A DNA stretch of 43,677 bases from a virus (lineage: Duplodnaviria; Caudoviricetes): IMG/VR virus record IMGVR_UViG_3300044109_000018, positions 1-43,677 of that record; one strand, written 5' to 3'. The position numbers and the translations under genes are program-made. This document shows, piece by piece, positions 9,901-17,840 of this stretch (the first letter of the stretch is position 1; each line of letters opens with the position of its first letter). The notes under the pieces are model-generated. The model had not been told where the DNA came from. It was given only the letters and a program-made list of their open reading frames with translations, and did no database searches.

Positions 9901-10613
9901 CATTGGCGGACGCGCGGCTGTCGTCACTGGTGCCGATCATCGCCGGCACAGCGCCAGCGAACGATCAAGTCGCCGTGTGGACGGGCACGAACGGGATCGA
10001 AGGCAACAACAATCTGACGTGGAACGCCGCCTTCCTCTCGCTGACCCGGTACGCGAACGATCCCTCCATCAAAATGCGCCGGGCCAACGGCACGGTCGGG
10101 GCCGAGACGGGCGTGCTCGTCAATCAGCAGATGGGCGGATTCGAGGGCGCCGGCTGGACCTCCGCGGGGGCGTTCTCTGGGACCGCGGGCATCTACGCGT
10201 TTTTTGCTGAAGATACGTTCAGCGGGACCGCGCAAGGGACGCGCTGTGAAATCTACACGATCACCGTGGGCGGAACGTCGCTCATCAAACGACTGACGAT
10301 CGGGCACAACACGCTGCTCGGGGCCGCAGCGAAACCCACGACAGGAAACGACGCACTGATCTTCCCTGACAGCACCGCGCCTTCTGGTATGGCGTCGAAC
10401 ACGGCGGGGATCTTCGCCGACGATCTCGGCGGGACCACCGTCATGCGTGGGATCCACGAAGACGGCACGGTCGGGACGCTCGGACTCGTCGTGACGAAAG
10501 CGACGACCGGCGACCCGACCGGACTCGAAGGGCTCTTCGCGATCAACACGTTCGATAACACGTTCAAGGTGTACGCGGACGGCGCGTGGCGCACGCTCGC
10601 GTCCGGCTGGTGA
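6987..10613 (+). CDS. Tail tip hub / central fibre protein (1208 aa)
   Basis: Follows tape measure; QLRNRVFVKG hub-like segment, two FN3-like inserts, Gly-Ser linker, collagen triplets and 30-aa tandem repeats. Confidence 0.8.
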   Translation: MSVVTLTAMTGVVATSYAAAWDPVAAGWSATSVNGNSGTVSMFGGGSFPSPIFSVAGTLVDDGTTVPLDAIISDVTVEFDWELVIASPLEMRLFAADIITAPGDSGSAVLPSGPMDRATLYGSGWGWQVEAINGEPTDGQVIIGAYTVHVTYTLPTPEPPELTIAMEGVDPITVCPRVADDVLIEDALDEAPTTARLTMTPLPPGAAPLRIDAYGVPLFRGHLQTIEEIYEGKPTQLAHYVSAIDRVWLLNRRRPFGSYVDVSASDIVLDLMATFAPDFDTSFVQTDLLPITISFDGTEDFVTCLSRIARAVVSCHHYIGNLDPPDLHFFYAEPPETSFGATGIPGPTTALTVTETANLVTGGGGVSATAIFKYRVRYKYADGRVSGWGPISNLLYRSAGGFTALFSGIPIGSAYDGQAVVARQIYWINVSDGFHSWFPYFQVVDNTTTSWDFDSGDLPQPSPIGLPGQAGLPIFPNSFGPSSVPTRPRPAALGALTPTVTGTNNPCGETIGASTDYLFAVTSVAADDTESEFGTVSGIVTQVAGTLKKFSFTSVPVGAAGTVYRKVFAASAPAGTPPVFDPVGFPNLIQGWLIIPDNTTTTLDDTNRCFAVGANGFLNAAIPGALHENGPDLEGGDDPDPIDDLSCVLDDPQIRSTWDWSQLRNRVFVKGAGTVLSAVEAPGTSALSVTDTSLFVGAAGQILVGTRVLDFDGASGGAVNLTAVLPAPGFAIGTPVSLWIERNDYAAQLDLAASEGGDGIHEYTVVDTSLTTLQAMADRGDAELLLFSRPILTVIYATRDPKTKAGKTIAFNLTNPPLVATLKIQSVAIDQVVIANTLTPRYTATASSVRFSLEDLLLRDGTGAAGASGGSGGSGSSGGGGSPGPTGATGPTGATGPAGPPTTDASLLTSGTLPDGRFPATLPAASGVNLTALNATNLASGTVPDARFPATLPAASGVNLTALNATNIASGTLADARLSSLVPIIAGTAPANDQVAVWTGTNGIEGNNNLTWNAAFLSLTRYANDPSIKMRRANGTVGAETGVLVNQQMGGFEGAGWTSAGAFSGTAGIYAFFAEDTFSGTAQGTRCEIYTITVGGTSLIKRLTIGHNTLLGAAAKPTTGNDALIFPDSTAPSGMASNTAGIFADDLGGTTVMRGIHEDGTVGTLGLVVTKATTGDPTGLEGLFAINTFDNTFKVYADGAWRTLASGW
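9708..9925 (+). repeat. About 2.4 tandem 30-aa repeats (SGTLPDxRFPATLPAASGVNLTALNATN)
   Basis: Near-identical protein, DNA diverged mostly at synonymous positions. Confidence 0.85.
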
Positions 10614-10619
10614 TCCTTT

Positions 10620-10931
10620 ATGCCTGAAATTCTCACGCTCACGACGCCGGTCGCGGGACCGTCCACCACGACGTGGAAGGTGGAAGACATCTATCTGTCC
10701 CGACTCGCGCCGGCGATCAAAGTGACGCTCGTCTCGAACACGGGCGAGCGGTTCGTGTTCCGGCAGATCCCCGGCCCGGACATCACCGCCGCGGAGATCC
10801 TCGTCGGGCTCTCGTTCATCAACCAAGGGAAGTTCATGGTGAATCAGGGGAAGTCGCTGGAAAAGTGGCTGCTCGATCGGATCTCGGCGGCCGGGGTCAA
10901 GGTCGGGACCGTGAGCGGGACGGTCGAATGA
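10620..10931 (+). CDS. Hypothetical protein, possible tail tip accessory (103 aa)
   Basis: ORF directly after hub gene. Confidence 0.6.
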   Translation: MPEILTLTTPVAGPSTTTWKVEDIYLSRLAPAIKVTLVSNTGERFVFRQIPGPDITAAEILVGLSFINQGKFMVNQGKSLEKWLLDRISAAGVKVGTVSGTVE

Positions 10932-12589
10932 GCGCCCGCTTCCCTCGCCTCAGTGCGGACGGGCGTGTCGCGTCCGGGTCCGGCACGATCATTGTGGACG
11001 AGCAGGTGGTCGGCGTCGGCTTTGAGCCGCAGTGGTACAAGCCCGGCATCTTGCTCGTGAAGGGGTTCTACAACGACGACCGACCCCACACGATCGACCT
11101 CGCGACACAGGTTGATACGCCGCTTGCGCCAAACGGCCCGATGTATTCGCACCTGCGGGCGGGCGGCGGCACGTGGATCGGCGCCGAGGACAGGAGCCCG
11201 TTGTTCAAAGTCGCCTGCTCGCGCGGCGGCCAGCGCGCGTGGCTCATTGAGCACGGCGGCAACAACAACGATCACTCCCTCTTACTCGACACGGCGACCG
11301 GCGTCGTCGAAGTCGCGCGCGGCAGCGTCCACAACCCGCGCGTCGAGGACGGCCTGCTCGTCTGGACCGAGGACGGCGGCATTCGACAACGCACGATGGG
11401 GCGCTGGACGAGCGGCCGCATTGTTCGGCTGCACGCCTCCGGCGACCTGTGGGAAGGCACGCCGATCCCGGTGATGACCCCGCAGGGTCCGTGGGTCGTC
11501 GTGATCACGAACCTCGACATCCGGGCCTATCCGTGGGGCGAGACGCGAGGGCACATCATCGCTACCGGGGAAGACGAGAACCGCGAGCCCGACGCGCTCT
11601 GGCTCAACGGCGCGATCGTCGTCGTCTGGAGCGACAAGAACGGCACACTGCCGCCACGCACCGCTCGTCTCACGCTCGACGCTCCACGCGTGGAGCTGAA
11701 CGCCGCGCCTCCGATCGTGATACCGCCGCCGCCACCTCCACCACCGGCGCCACCACCACCTATCCCGGAGCCTCCGATGCCTGACCAATCCCTCGCGGCC
11801 CTTGTCGCCATCTGTGTCGCCGCAGGCCGAGAGATCGACCGGCGCTTTCCAGGCTTGCGCCAGAAGCTGACGATGGAGTGGATCGCGAAGACCGCCGACC
11901 TCGCGTCGAAGAAGAACAAGCGGATCGGGCACAGCTCGTCACATTCCGACTCGACGCCGAATCGGCGCAACGAGTTGGGCATCCTGCCTGAAGGCGCGAA
12001 GAACGAGATCGGCCGGCAGAACTACACCGCGGTGTCGCTGTGGCGCATCAATCCACCGACTGACGAATGGCGCGATCCAGTAATCACCGAAGACCGGCAC
12101 GACTTCTGGTTCCCGGCCCAGCCGACTGACATCGGGACGGATCCGGATCCAGAGCCGGATCCCGAATTGCCGCACGCGTATGACGGCGAGCCTGGCGGCC
12201 GCTGTCGCGTCTGCGGACAGACCGAAGGCGCCCTGGTGCATCGTGGCGATTCCGTCGAGCCCCACGCGTTCGAAGGGACCGGCGAGCTGTGCGACCGCTG
12301 CGGCGAACCGGCCGACAATCTCGCCTTCCATCTCCCGGTGACGCCGCCGACGGACTGGCAGGCAGCCGTCCGGAAGCTCGAGGCCGGACATGCGGCGCTC
12401 GTGGCCAACGCGGGCCTCATGGAAGACCGGATCGCCGCGCTCGAGAAGCGCGTCAATGTCGGCATCTTTCAGGCGCTCGCGCTGGCCGAACAGCGCATCA
12501 TCGCGCTCGAGGAGCGGCCCGTGGGCGTCGGCATCACGACGAAACTCGTGATCAGGGGCGTCACGCTCGAGGTGGAGCCGGGGCCATGA
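10928..12589 (+). CDS. Multidomain protein: beta-rich N-terminus, polyproline linker, two H-x-CxxCG-x-H motifs, coiled coil (553 aa)
   Basis: ATGA overlap at 10928; motifs visible in translation. Confidence 0.65.
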   Translation: MSARFPRLSADGRVASGSGTIIVDEQVVGVGFEPQWYKPGILLVKGFYNDDRPHTIDLATQVDTPLAPNGPMYSHLRAGGGTWIGAEDRSPLFKVACSRGGQRAWLIEHGGNNNDHSLLLDTATGVVEVARGSVHNPRVEDGLLVWTEDGGIRQRTMGRWTSGRIVRLHASGDLWEGTPIPVMTPQGPWVVVITNLDIRAYPWGETRGHIIATGEDENREPDALWLNGAIVVVWSDKNGTLPPRTARLTLDAPRVELNAAPPIVIPPPPPPPPAPPPPIPEPPMPDQSLAALVAICVAAGREIDRRFPGLRQKLTMEWIAKTADLASKKNKRIGHSSSHSDSTPNRRNELGILPEGAKNEIGRQNYTAVSLWRINPPTDEWRDPVITEDRHDFWFPAQPTDIGTDPDPEPDPELPHAYDGEPGGRCRVCGQTEGALVHRGDSVEPHAFEGTGELCDRCGEPADNLAFHLPVTPPTDWQAAVRKLEAGHAALVANAGLMEDRIAALEKRVNVGIFQALALAEQRIIALEERPVGVGITTKLVIRGVTLEVEPGP

Positions 12590-12617
12590 ACGACCAGCAG
12601 CCGACCGTGACGTACGG

Positions 12618-12715
12618 TACAATAGACGGAGTCAACGAGCGTTATCAGCGCCCGCTGACCCCTAACCACTTCCCCGAGATTGGAGGTCTCGCGGCCATGG
12701 CTAAGCGCAATCATA
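12618..12715 (-). ncRNA. Candidate cis-antisense RNA (SymR-like architecture) to the HNH gene 5' end
   Basis: Minus-strand -10 TATGAT at 12715-12710; hairpin 12628-12662 whose three A-C mismatches on + are G-U pairs on -. Confidence 0.5.
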
Positions 12716-13152
12716 CGTCGGCTGTTCGGCGCAAGCCCGCGCGCGAATTGAGTTCCTGGCAACACGCGAAGCGCCGCTGTTTTGAAACACAAAGCCCGAA
12801 GTATCGCTACTACGGCGGGCGTGGGATCACGATGTGCGAACGATGGCGAAACAGCTACGCGGCGTTCCTTGCGGACATGGGTCGTTGCCCAGCCGGGTCC
12901 ACACTTGAACGAAGAGACAACGACGGGAATTACGAACCAGGCAATTGCGTCTGGGCCACACGGAAAGAGCAATCCCTGAACCGTAGTTCCAATGTGAACC
13001 TTGACGTGCCGCGCGTGCTCGACCTTCTAAAGGCAGGGATGGGACCGGCGGCGCTCGGTCGAATGTTTCAGTGTTCACATCGGACGATTCAGCGGCTCGC
13101 CCACAAACACGGGTTCAGATTTACTTCAGGTCGCAAACTGGTGCAGCGATGA
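12697..13152 (+). CDS. HNH-type endonuclease (YGGRGI family) with C-terminal HTH
   Basis: SW..AKRRC...YYGGRGITMCERW...F.ADMG...TLERRDNDGNYEPGNCVWAT..EQ..N; GGAGG SD at 12682. Confidence 0.85.
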   Translation: MAKRNHTSAVRRKPARELSSWQHAKRRCFETQSPKYRYYGGRGITMCERWRNSYAAFLADMGRCPAGSTLERRDNDGNYEPGNCVWATRKEQSLNRSSNVNLDVPRVLDLLKAGMGPAALGRMFQCSHRTIQRLAHKHGFRFTSGRKLVQR

Positions 13153-13439
13153 CGGCGCCAGAACAGCAGACCGTTCAGTACTGGGCCGTCTCGATCCTGA
13201 CCTCGCGGACGGCGCAGTTCGCGGGGTTCACCATCCTGCTCGGGATCCTCTCGCTGCCCGAGGTGCTGGCGCTGATTCCGCTGAAGTACATGCCGCTGCT
13301 CCTGGCCGCGGTGGGCGTGATCAACTTCATCCTCCGCAAGCTGACGGTGCGCCCCGTGGCGTTCATTGCGCCGGGGGCGACGGCGCCGGTCCTCGTGCCG
13401 CGGATTGACCCGCCCGCGCCGCCGGTGGTGACCGACTGA
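13149..13439 (+). CDS. Holin-like membrane protein (96 aa)
   Basis: Two hydrophobic helices followed by LRKLTVRPV; upstream of endolysin. Confidence 0.65.
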   Translation: MTAPEQQTVQYWAVSILTSRTAQFAGFTILLGILSLPEVLALIPLKYMPLLLAAVGVINFILRKLTVRPVAFIAPGATAPVLVPRIDPPAPPVVTD

Positions 13440-14158
13440 TGGTGACAAAGGCCGCCCGTACGCCGCGCACTGGCATGGCAGGGATCGGGGTCGATGCCTT
13501 TGGTGACGCGGCGTTCGACCCGACCGCCAATGTGAAGGCGTTGGTCATCGCCGAGAGCAGGCGGCAAGACGACCTGCGCGCGGCCGCGAAAGAACTGTCG
13601 GACGTCAAGCACACGTACGAGCAGACCATCGGCAAGCTGCGCGAGGACTATCAGGAGAAAATCCAACGCGCGGAATCGGGGCGGCTCGACAGCATTCGCC
13701 AGGTGGACCGCGAAGAAGTGGCCAAGACCGCCGTCGCGGCGAACACGGCGATCACCACGCTCGCGAAACAGACGAACGACCTCGCCGTCACGCTGGCGAA
13801 GACCGTGGCGGATACGGCGGCGGCGGCCGAAGCGCGCAACTCGGCGCAATACAGCGATACCAACAAGCGGCTCTCGGCGCTGGAATTGTCGTCCTCAGAA
13901 GGCAAAGGGAAGCAAACCGTCGCCGACCCGCAGATGGAAAAACTGACCGCGCTCGTCGAGACGCTGGCGCGCACTCAGGCGACCGGCGCCGGGCAGAGCC
14001 AGGGCATGAGCGACAGCGTGAAGCTGCTCGTCACGATCCTAACGATCGTCACGCTGCTCCTGGGATTCTACTCGTTCACACAGCGAGGCTCGACGCCGCA
14101 GATCATCTACACGCCCGCGCCGCCCGGCACACAACTGCCGGCCACGGTGCCACGATGA
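13439..14158 (+). CDS. Coiled-coil protein with C-terminal TM helix (239 aa)
   Basis: Long helical region then LLVTILTIVTLLLGFYSF. Confidence 0.65.
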   Translation: MVTKAARTPRTGMAGIGVDAFGDAAFDPTANVKALVIAESRRQDDLRAAAKELSDVKHTYEQTIGKLREDYQEKIQRAESGRLDSIRQVDREEVAKTAVAANTAITTLAKQTNDLAVTLAKTVADTAAAAEARNSAQYSDTNKRLSALELSSSEGKGKQTVADPQMEKLTALVETLARTQATGAGQSQGMSDSVKLLVTILTIVTLLLGFYSFTQRGSTPQIIYTPAPPGTQLPATVPR

Positions 14159-14385
14159 GCGAGGATCTCCTCCAGTGCGACGGGCGCAGCGAAGTGGCGA
14201 AAGGCTGCGTCCATCTCGTGGTGGATCTCGGCGCCGGGGTGTGTCTCGGGTACAGCGCGTGCTGCATGGCCGTACGCCCGACGGCCAGACTCAAATGGCA
14301 AACGGTGTTCTATCTCCTCATCGTGCTGGGGGAAAGCTGGCAGGTGTACGAACACTTTGCGGCGAGTGGGACGAGGCGCCGATGA
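14155..14385 (+). CDS. Small membrane protein (76 aa)
   Basis: ATGA overlaps both sides; two hydrophobic stretches. Confidence 0.5.
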   Translation: MSEDLLQCDGRSEVAKGCVHLVVDLGAGVCLGYSACCMAVRPTARLKWQTVFYLLIVLGESWQVYEHFAASGTRRR

Positions 14386-14852
14386 CCCTCTATCCGAACG
14401 ACGCGGCGATCAAAGCGCGGCTCTCGGCACAGCAGGTCGTCGCGATGACGATCTGGGCCGAAGCCCGCGCCGAACCGATCGAAGGGGAAGTCGCGGTCGG
14501 GTGCGTCATCCGCAATCGCCTGCTTCGACCGCAGCGGTTTTCTGATTCATGGAAGGGCGTCTGCCTCGCGCGCTGGCAATTCAGTTGTTGGATCCCGCAG
14601 GGCGGCGAGGCCAATTACCGGATGCTGCTCGCGCGCTGCGAAGCGGTGCAGGCGGGATTGCTGTTCTGGCCGGCGCAGGCGGACTGGATCGCGCAGGGCA
14701 TCATCAGCGGCGCGATCGAGGATCGTACAGGAGGCGCAACCCATTACTTCGCGCCGCGGGCGATGTCCCCGATCGGGCGCGTGCCGACGTGGGCCAAAGG
14801 GTTGACGCCGATGAAGGTCGGCTCGCAGCTCTTTTTCAGCGGGGTGTCATGA
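14382..14852 (+). CDS. Endolysin, SleB/Hydrolase_2 cell wall hydrolase (156 aa)
   Basis: TIWAEARAE..EG..AVG.VIRNR...WQFSCW...D.TGGATHY...P.WA motifs. Confidence 0.9.
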   Translation: MTLYPNDAAIKARLSAQQVVAMTIWAEARAEPIEGEVAVGCVIRNRLLRPQRFSDSWKGVCLARWQFSCWIPQGGEANYRMLLARCEAVQAGLLFWPAQADWIAQGIISGAIEDRTGGATHYFAPRAMSPIGRVPTWAKGLTPMKVGSQLFFSGVS

Positions 14853-15088
14853 GATCCCTCTACGTCCCGACCGACGCGGTGATCCATGACGCGGCGAGTC
14901 ACGGCCAGCTCGTCACGGAGTCCGGCCACCGTGTGCATTGCGTGAAGCACATGACCGATCGACTGTTCCGCGAAGCGATGACGGTCCCGCCGTGCGACGA
15001 GGTGCCGGCCTGGAAACGCTGGGCGATGTACCGCTTCGTCAAGCGATTCGGGACGGGAGCCTACGGGGGGCTGGGGATCACCCTATGA
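14849..15088 (+). CDS. Hypothetical protein (79 aa)
   Basis: ATGA-coupled ORF. Confidence 0.55.
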   Translation: MRSLYVPTDAVIHDAASHGQLVTESGHRVHCVKHMTDRLFREAMTVPPCDEVPAWKRWAMYRFVKRFGTGAYGGLGITL

Positions 15089-15360
15089 GCGACGAGCAAA
15101 CGGTTCGCCCGGCCGGCGTGATGTTTGCCCCGCCGCCACCGATCCTCTACGGCCAGATCGCGGCCGCGGTCAAGCAGTACGCCGAGGCGCTTCCTGTCGG
15201 CGAGTCGGGCGGGGTGGTCGCGATCGCCACGACGCGCGGCGTGCAAGGGGCGATCGTCCAGAAGTTCGGGGACCGCAACACGATTGTCGGTTGGATTGGC
15301 AAACCGAGCGGCTGGGGGGCACCGCTTGAGGGTGGGCTGGCGTGGAAGCTCACATGGTGA
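15085..15360 (+). CDS. Hypothetical protein: helix plus amphipathic strands ending in Trp (91 aa)
   Basis: ATGA-coupled; ends EGGLAWKLTW. Confidence 0.55.
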   Translation: MSDEQTVRPAGVMFAPPPPILYGQIAAAVKQYAEALPVGESGGVVAIATTRGVQGAIVQKFGDRNTIVGWIGKPSGWGAPLEGGLAWKLTW

Positions 15361-15554
15361 CGCCGACCTTCTGGCGCGGGCCGTTCTCGGTGCGCCGGGG
15401 ACGCCACCGTGCGGGCAGACAAGAGTGGCAGATCGTCAACGTGAACGGCTACCCGGAAAAGATCGGGATCGCGTACCGGGTGGACGCCGAGACGCTGTGT
15501 CGGCAGATGAACCAGGGCGCGAAAGTCACCCCGCGCGTGGAGGTGATCCCATGA
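15354..15554 (+). CDS. Hypothetical protein (66 aa)
   Basis: Coupled ORF ending with the SD of the next gene. Confidence 0.5.
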   Translation: MVTPTFWRGPFSVRRGRHRAGRQEWQIVNVNGYPEKIGIAYRVDAETLCRQMNQGAKVTPRVEVIP

Positions 15555-15910
15555 CGATCGTCAACGTGCCGAAAGCAGAGATGCTGCACCGCGTGGGCGC
15601 GATCGTCGAACGCCTCCGCCTCTGCTCGGCGTACTGCGGGCGGGAGTTCGCGGCGGAGGCTGAACAGCTGGAGCAGGCGTTGACCGCGATCGAAGAGGCC
15701 CACGCGGCGAACGTGGACACGTACCTGGATGGGCTCTATCGCCGCCACAACGAGCCGCCGCCGATTTTCGACGCGCTCGGAATGACCGTCGCGGGCCGGT
15801 GGAACCGGATCCACTTCCGGCAACTCGCGAAGAACCGGCGACGGGCCGAGGCCGCGATCTTGGCCGACTCGATCCGGGCGTTGGCCGCGGGCGCCACTGG
15901 AGAGACCTGA
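15551..15910 (+). CDS. Hypothetical protein (119 aa)
   Basis: GGAGG SD, ATGA overlap. Confidence 0.6.
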   Translation: MTIVNVPKAEMLHRVGAIVERLRLCSAYCGREFAAEAEQLEQALTAIEEAHAANVDTYLDGLYRRHNEPPPIFDALGMTVAGRWNRIHFRQLAKNRRRAEAAILADSIRALAAGATGET

Positions 15911-15923
15911 TTTTGGAGGACAC

Positions 15924-16112
15924 ATGCCACACGACAAGAACGGCGCGGAATTGAAGGTCGGCGACCGGGTGCTCGTCGAGGCCACGGTGAAACAGATTCA
16001 CCTGACCGAGGAGTTTTGCAACGTCGGGCTCGAAACGGTCGAGCCGATGTTTCCGGGGACACACCTGTTGGCAATGACCCTGAACGCGAAGCAGGTCACG
16101 AAGAAGTCGTAA
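15924..16112 (+). CDS. Small SH3/KOW-like protein (62 aa)
   Basis: GGAGG SD; DKNGAELKVGDRV motif. Confidence 0.65.
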   Translation: MPHDKNGAELKVGDRVLVEATVKQIHLTEEFCNVGLETVEPMFPGTHLLAMTLNAKQVTKKS

Positions 16113-16279
16113 CCGGCGCCACGCGAGAGACCAGTTGACGGCGGGGCCATCGGTTACCAGGCGTGCAGCTCCAGCCTCCTTCCGGGTTGGGGTGGCCTCT
16201 TCAGCTTGCAGCGCTGGCCTGGTTTCCTCCGCCGGTGGACTCCGTGCGGTCAGCTGGTCTCTTGGGTGGTGAACGTCGG
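16113..16279 (+). ncRNA. Candidate rod-like structured RNA (about 165 nt)
   Basis: Nested stems CGAGAGACCAGTTGAC/GTCAGCTGGTCTCTTG, CCATCGG/CCGGTGG, ACCAGGC/GCCTGGT, CCAGCC/GGTTGG; G-U pairs on + strand. Confidence 0.6.
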
Positions 16280-16293
16280 ATGAAAGGACAGAG

Positions 16294-17202
16294 ATGACAC
16301 AGGTGCCACGCGTCGTCGTCCTCGCGCTCGCGGCCGTCGTGTTCGGCGGGGCGGTGCCGACGCTGGGGGCGTTCCAGATCGTGCCGTCGTGCGGCGAGGT
16401 GACGACGGGCGATCCCTTCACCCTGATTTTTGATGGCACCTCACCGGACGCAACCGGCTACCGGATCTATGTAGGCGTCACCCGGCTCGGGGGGGATATC
16501 CCGCTCGGTCCCTCGCTGACCGGCGTGACCGTGCCCGGCCTGACGCCGCCGGCGGTCGGCGTCCATACCCTCACGGTGACGGCGTTCAACCTGGCTGGGG
16601 AATCCGTGCGCACGGGGAGTTGCACCCTGACGGTCGTGGCGCTCCCGCTGCCGCCGCCGACCAATCCCCCCGGGACGATTGGGCTGACCGTGGCGGGGAC
16701 GCTGCTCGACGTCGAGGACTCCCACTTCATGACGGGATCGAAGGTGACGATGGGGAGCGGGGCCGGGCACGTCGCGTCGATCTCGGTCTTTGTCGGGCCG
16801 ATCGATGCGCTCGCGGTGAATTCGGCGTACGCCGTGGCGCTCTACAGCGATGTCGCGGGGCGCCCGGGGGCGTTGATCGCGGCCTCGAGCCCGGGGGTCC
16901 TCGTCGCCAACAGCTGGAACACCCGGCCCGTGTCGGCGACCGTGCCGATGGCGGCGGCGACGTCCTACTGGCTGATGTTCAACACGAACGGCCGGACGAC
17001 GGCGGTCAATAACCTGCGGTACAACCCCGGCGCCGCGGGGGCTGGCGCGTGGAGCACGGGCGGCTTTCCGTACGGGACCTGGCCGGCGACGTTCCCGACG
17101 AGCACGCTGTCGAGTGCCCAGTATTCGATCTTTGCGACGTTTGGGGGCGTGCCGTCGGCGCCGACCGGGCTGCGGATCGAGCGGATCGCGAAGTCACCAT
17201 GA
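16294..17202 (+). CDS. Secreted protein: signal peptide, FN3-like domain, beta-sandwich domain (302 aa)
   Basis: Hydrophobic N-terminus; TGYRIY...VTAFNLAGES FN3 signature; PSAPTGLRI at end. Confidence 0.7.
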   Translation: MTQVPRVVVLALAAVVFGGAVPTLGAFQIVPSCGEVTTGDPFTLIFDGTSPDATGYRIYVGVTRLGGDIPLGPSLTGVTVPGLTPPAVGVHTLTVTAFNLAGESVRTGSCTLTVVALPLPPPTNPPGTIGLTVAGTLLDVEDSHFMTGSKVTMGSGAGHVASISVFVGPIDALAVNSAYAVALYSDVAGRPGALIAASSPGVLVANSWNTRPVSATVPMAAATSYWLMFNTNGRTTAVNNLRYNPGAAGAGAWSTGGFPYGTWPATFPTSTLSSAQYSIFATFGGVPSAPTGLRIERIAKSP

Positions 17203-17435
17203 CGCGCCGGATCCTCCTGGTGGCCGTCCTCCTGACCGCGGGGTGCGCGGGGCATCGGCCGTTGGTCATCCTCACCCCGGCCGTACCGCCGGTGGTGGAG
17301 CGCCACGACTGGATCGTGCCGCTCTCGACGCCGAACCAGGATCGGATCTGCGTGCAGACGGTCGATCAGAGCTACCGGCCGTGTTGGACGGTGGGGCAGC
17401 TCAGGCTCGCGTTGGTGAGTTTGAAGGCGGAATGA
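17199..17435 (+). CDS. Lipoprotein, possible o-spanin (78 aa)
   Basis: MTRRILLVAVLLTAGC lipobox; Pro-rich; two further Cys. Confidence 0.65.
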   Translation: MTRRILLVAVLLTAGCAGHRPLVILTPAVPPVVERHDWIVPLSTPNQDRICVQTVDQSYRPCWTVGQLRLALVSLKAE

Positions 17436-17649
17436 GCCAGCCCCGCTCGCGGATCTCCATCTCCGCAATCTCGATCGCATGCGCGAAGCTCTCCGCCGCG
17501 AAGGGCACGTCGAACTCCTGACCCTCCCGTGACAGGGCGGTCACGGTCCACCGGAACGGCTCCGTCCCGCACGGCCCGCAACAGACGGAGACCGTGAGGC
17601 CTGACCGGCCAAGCGCTTCCCAGCGTGCGAGGGCCGTCCGCTCGTTCAC
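17401..17649 (-). CDS. Hypothetical protein (82 aa)
   Basis: GTGA-coupled to the KGG-like gene. Confidence 0.5.
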   Translation of the reverse strand: MNERTALARWEALGRSGLTVSVCCGPCGTEPFRWTVTALSREGQEFDVPFAAESFAHAIEIAEMEIRERGWLIPPSNSPTRA

Positions 17650-17831
17650 CCCTTCCCCTTGGCTTTCTTCTTCGCGGACCGCACGACGGCGGCAGCTTTG
17701 GAGGCCTTCGTGGCGCGGGCCTTCCGCTGGGCGGCCGTCATCTCCCCGGCCCCCTTCTTCCCGCCCTTGGCTCCCTGCTCCCGGAAGTAGTCGAGCACGT
17801 CTTCGGGGAGGGGTTTCTTGCGCTTCGCCAT
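17646..17831 (-). CDS. Small basic KGG-motif protein (61 aa), probable nucleic acid binder
   Basis: YFREQGAKGGKKGA.EMTAAQRKARATKA. Confidence 0.65.
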   Translation of the reverse strand: MAKRKKPLPEDVLDYFREQGAKGGKKGAGEMTAAQRKARATKASKAAAVVRSAKKKAKGKG

Positions 17832-17840
17832 AGGCTGCCT

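Noticed and set aside
226-10613. Diversity-generating retroelement or invertible tail-fibre cassette
   Set aside because: No reverse transcriptase, no adenine-variant repeat pair, and no inverted repeats around fibre genes were seen.
16113-16279. SRP RNA (CCGGAAGG on the minus strand) or intrinsic terminator
   Set aside because: SRP internal-loop motifs are missing, G-U polarity favours the + strand, and there is no U-tract.
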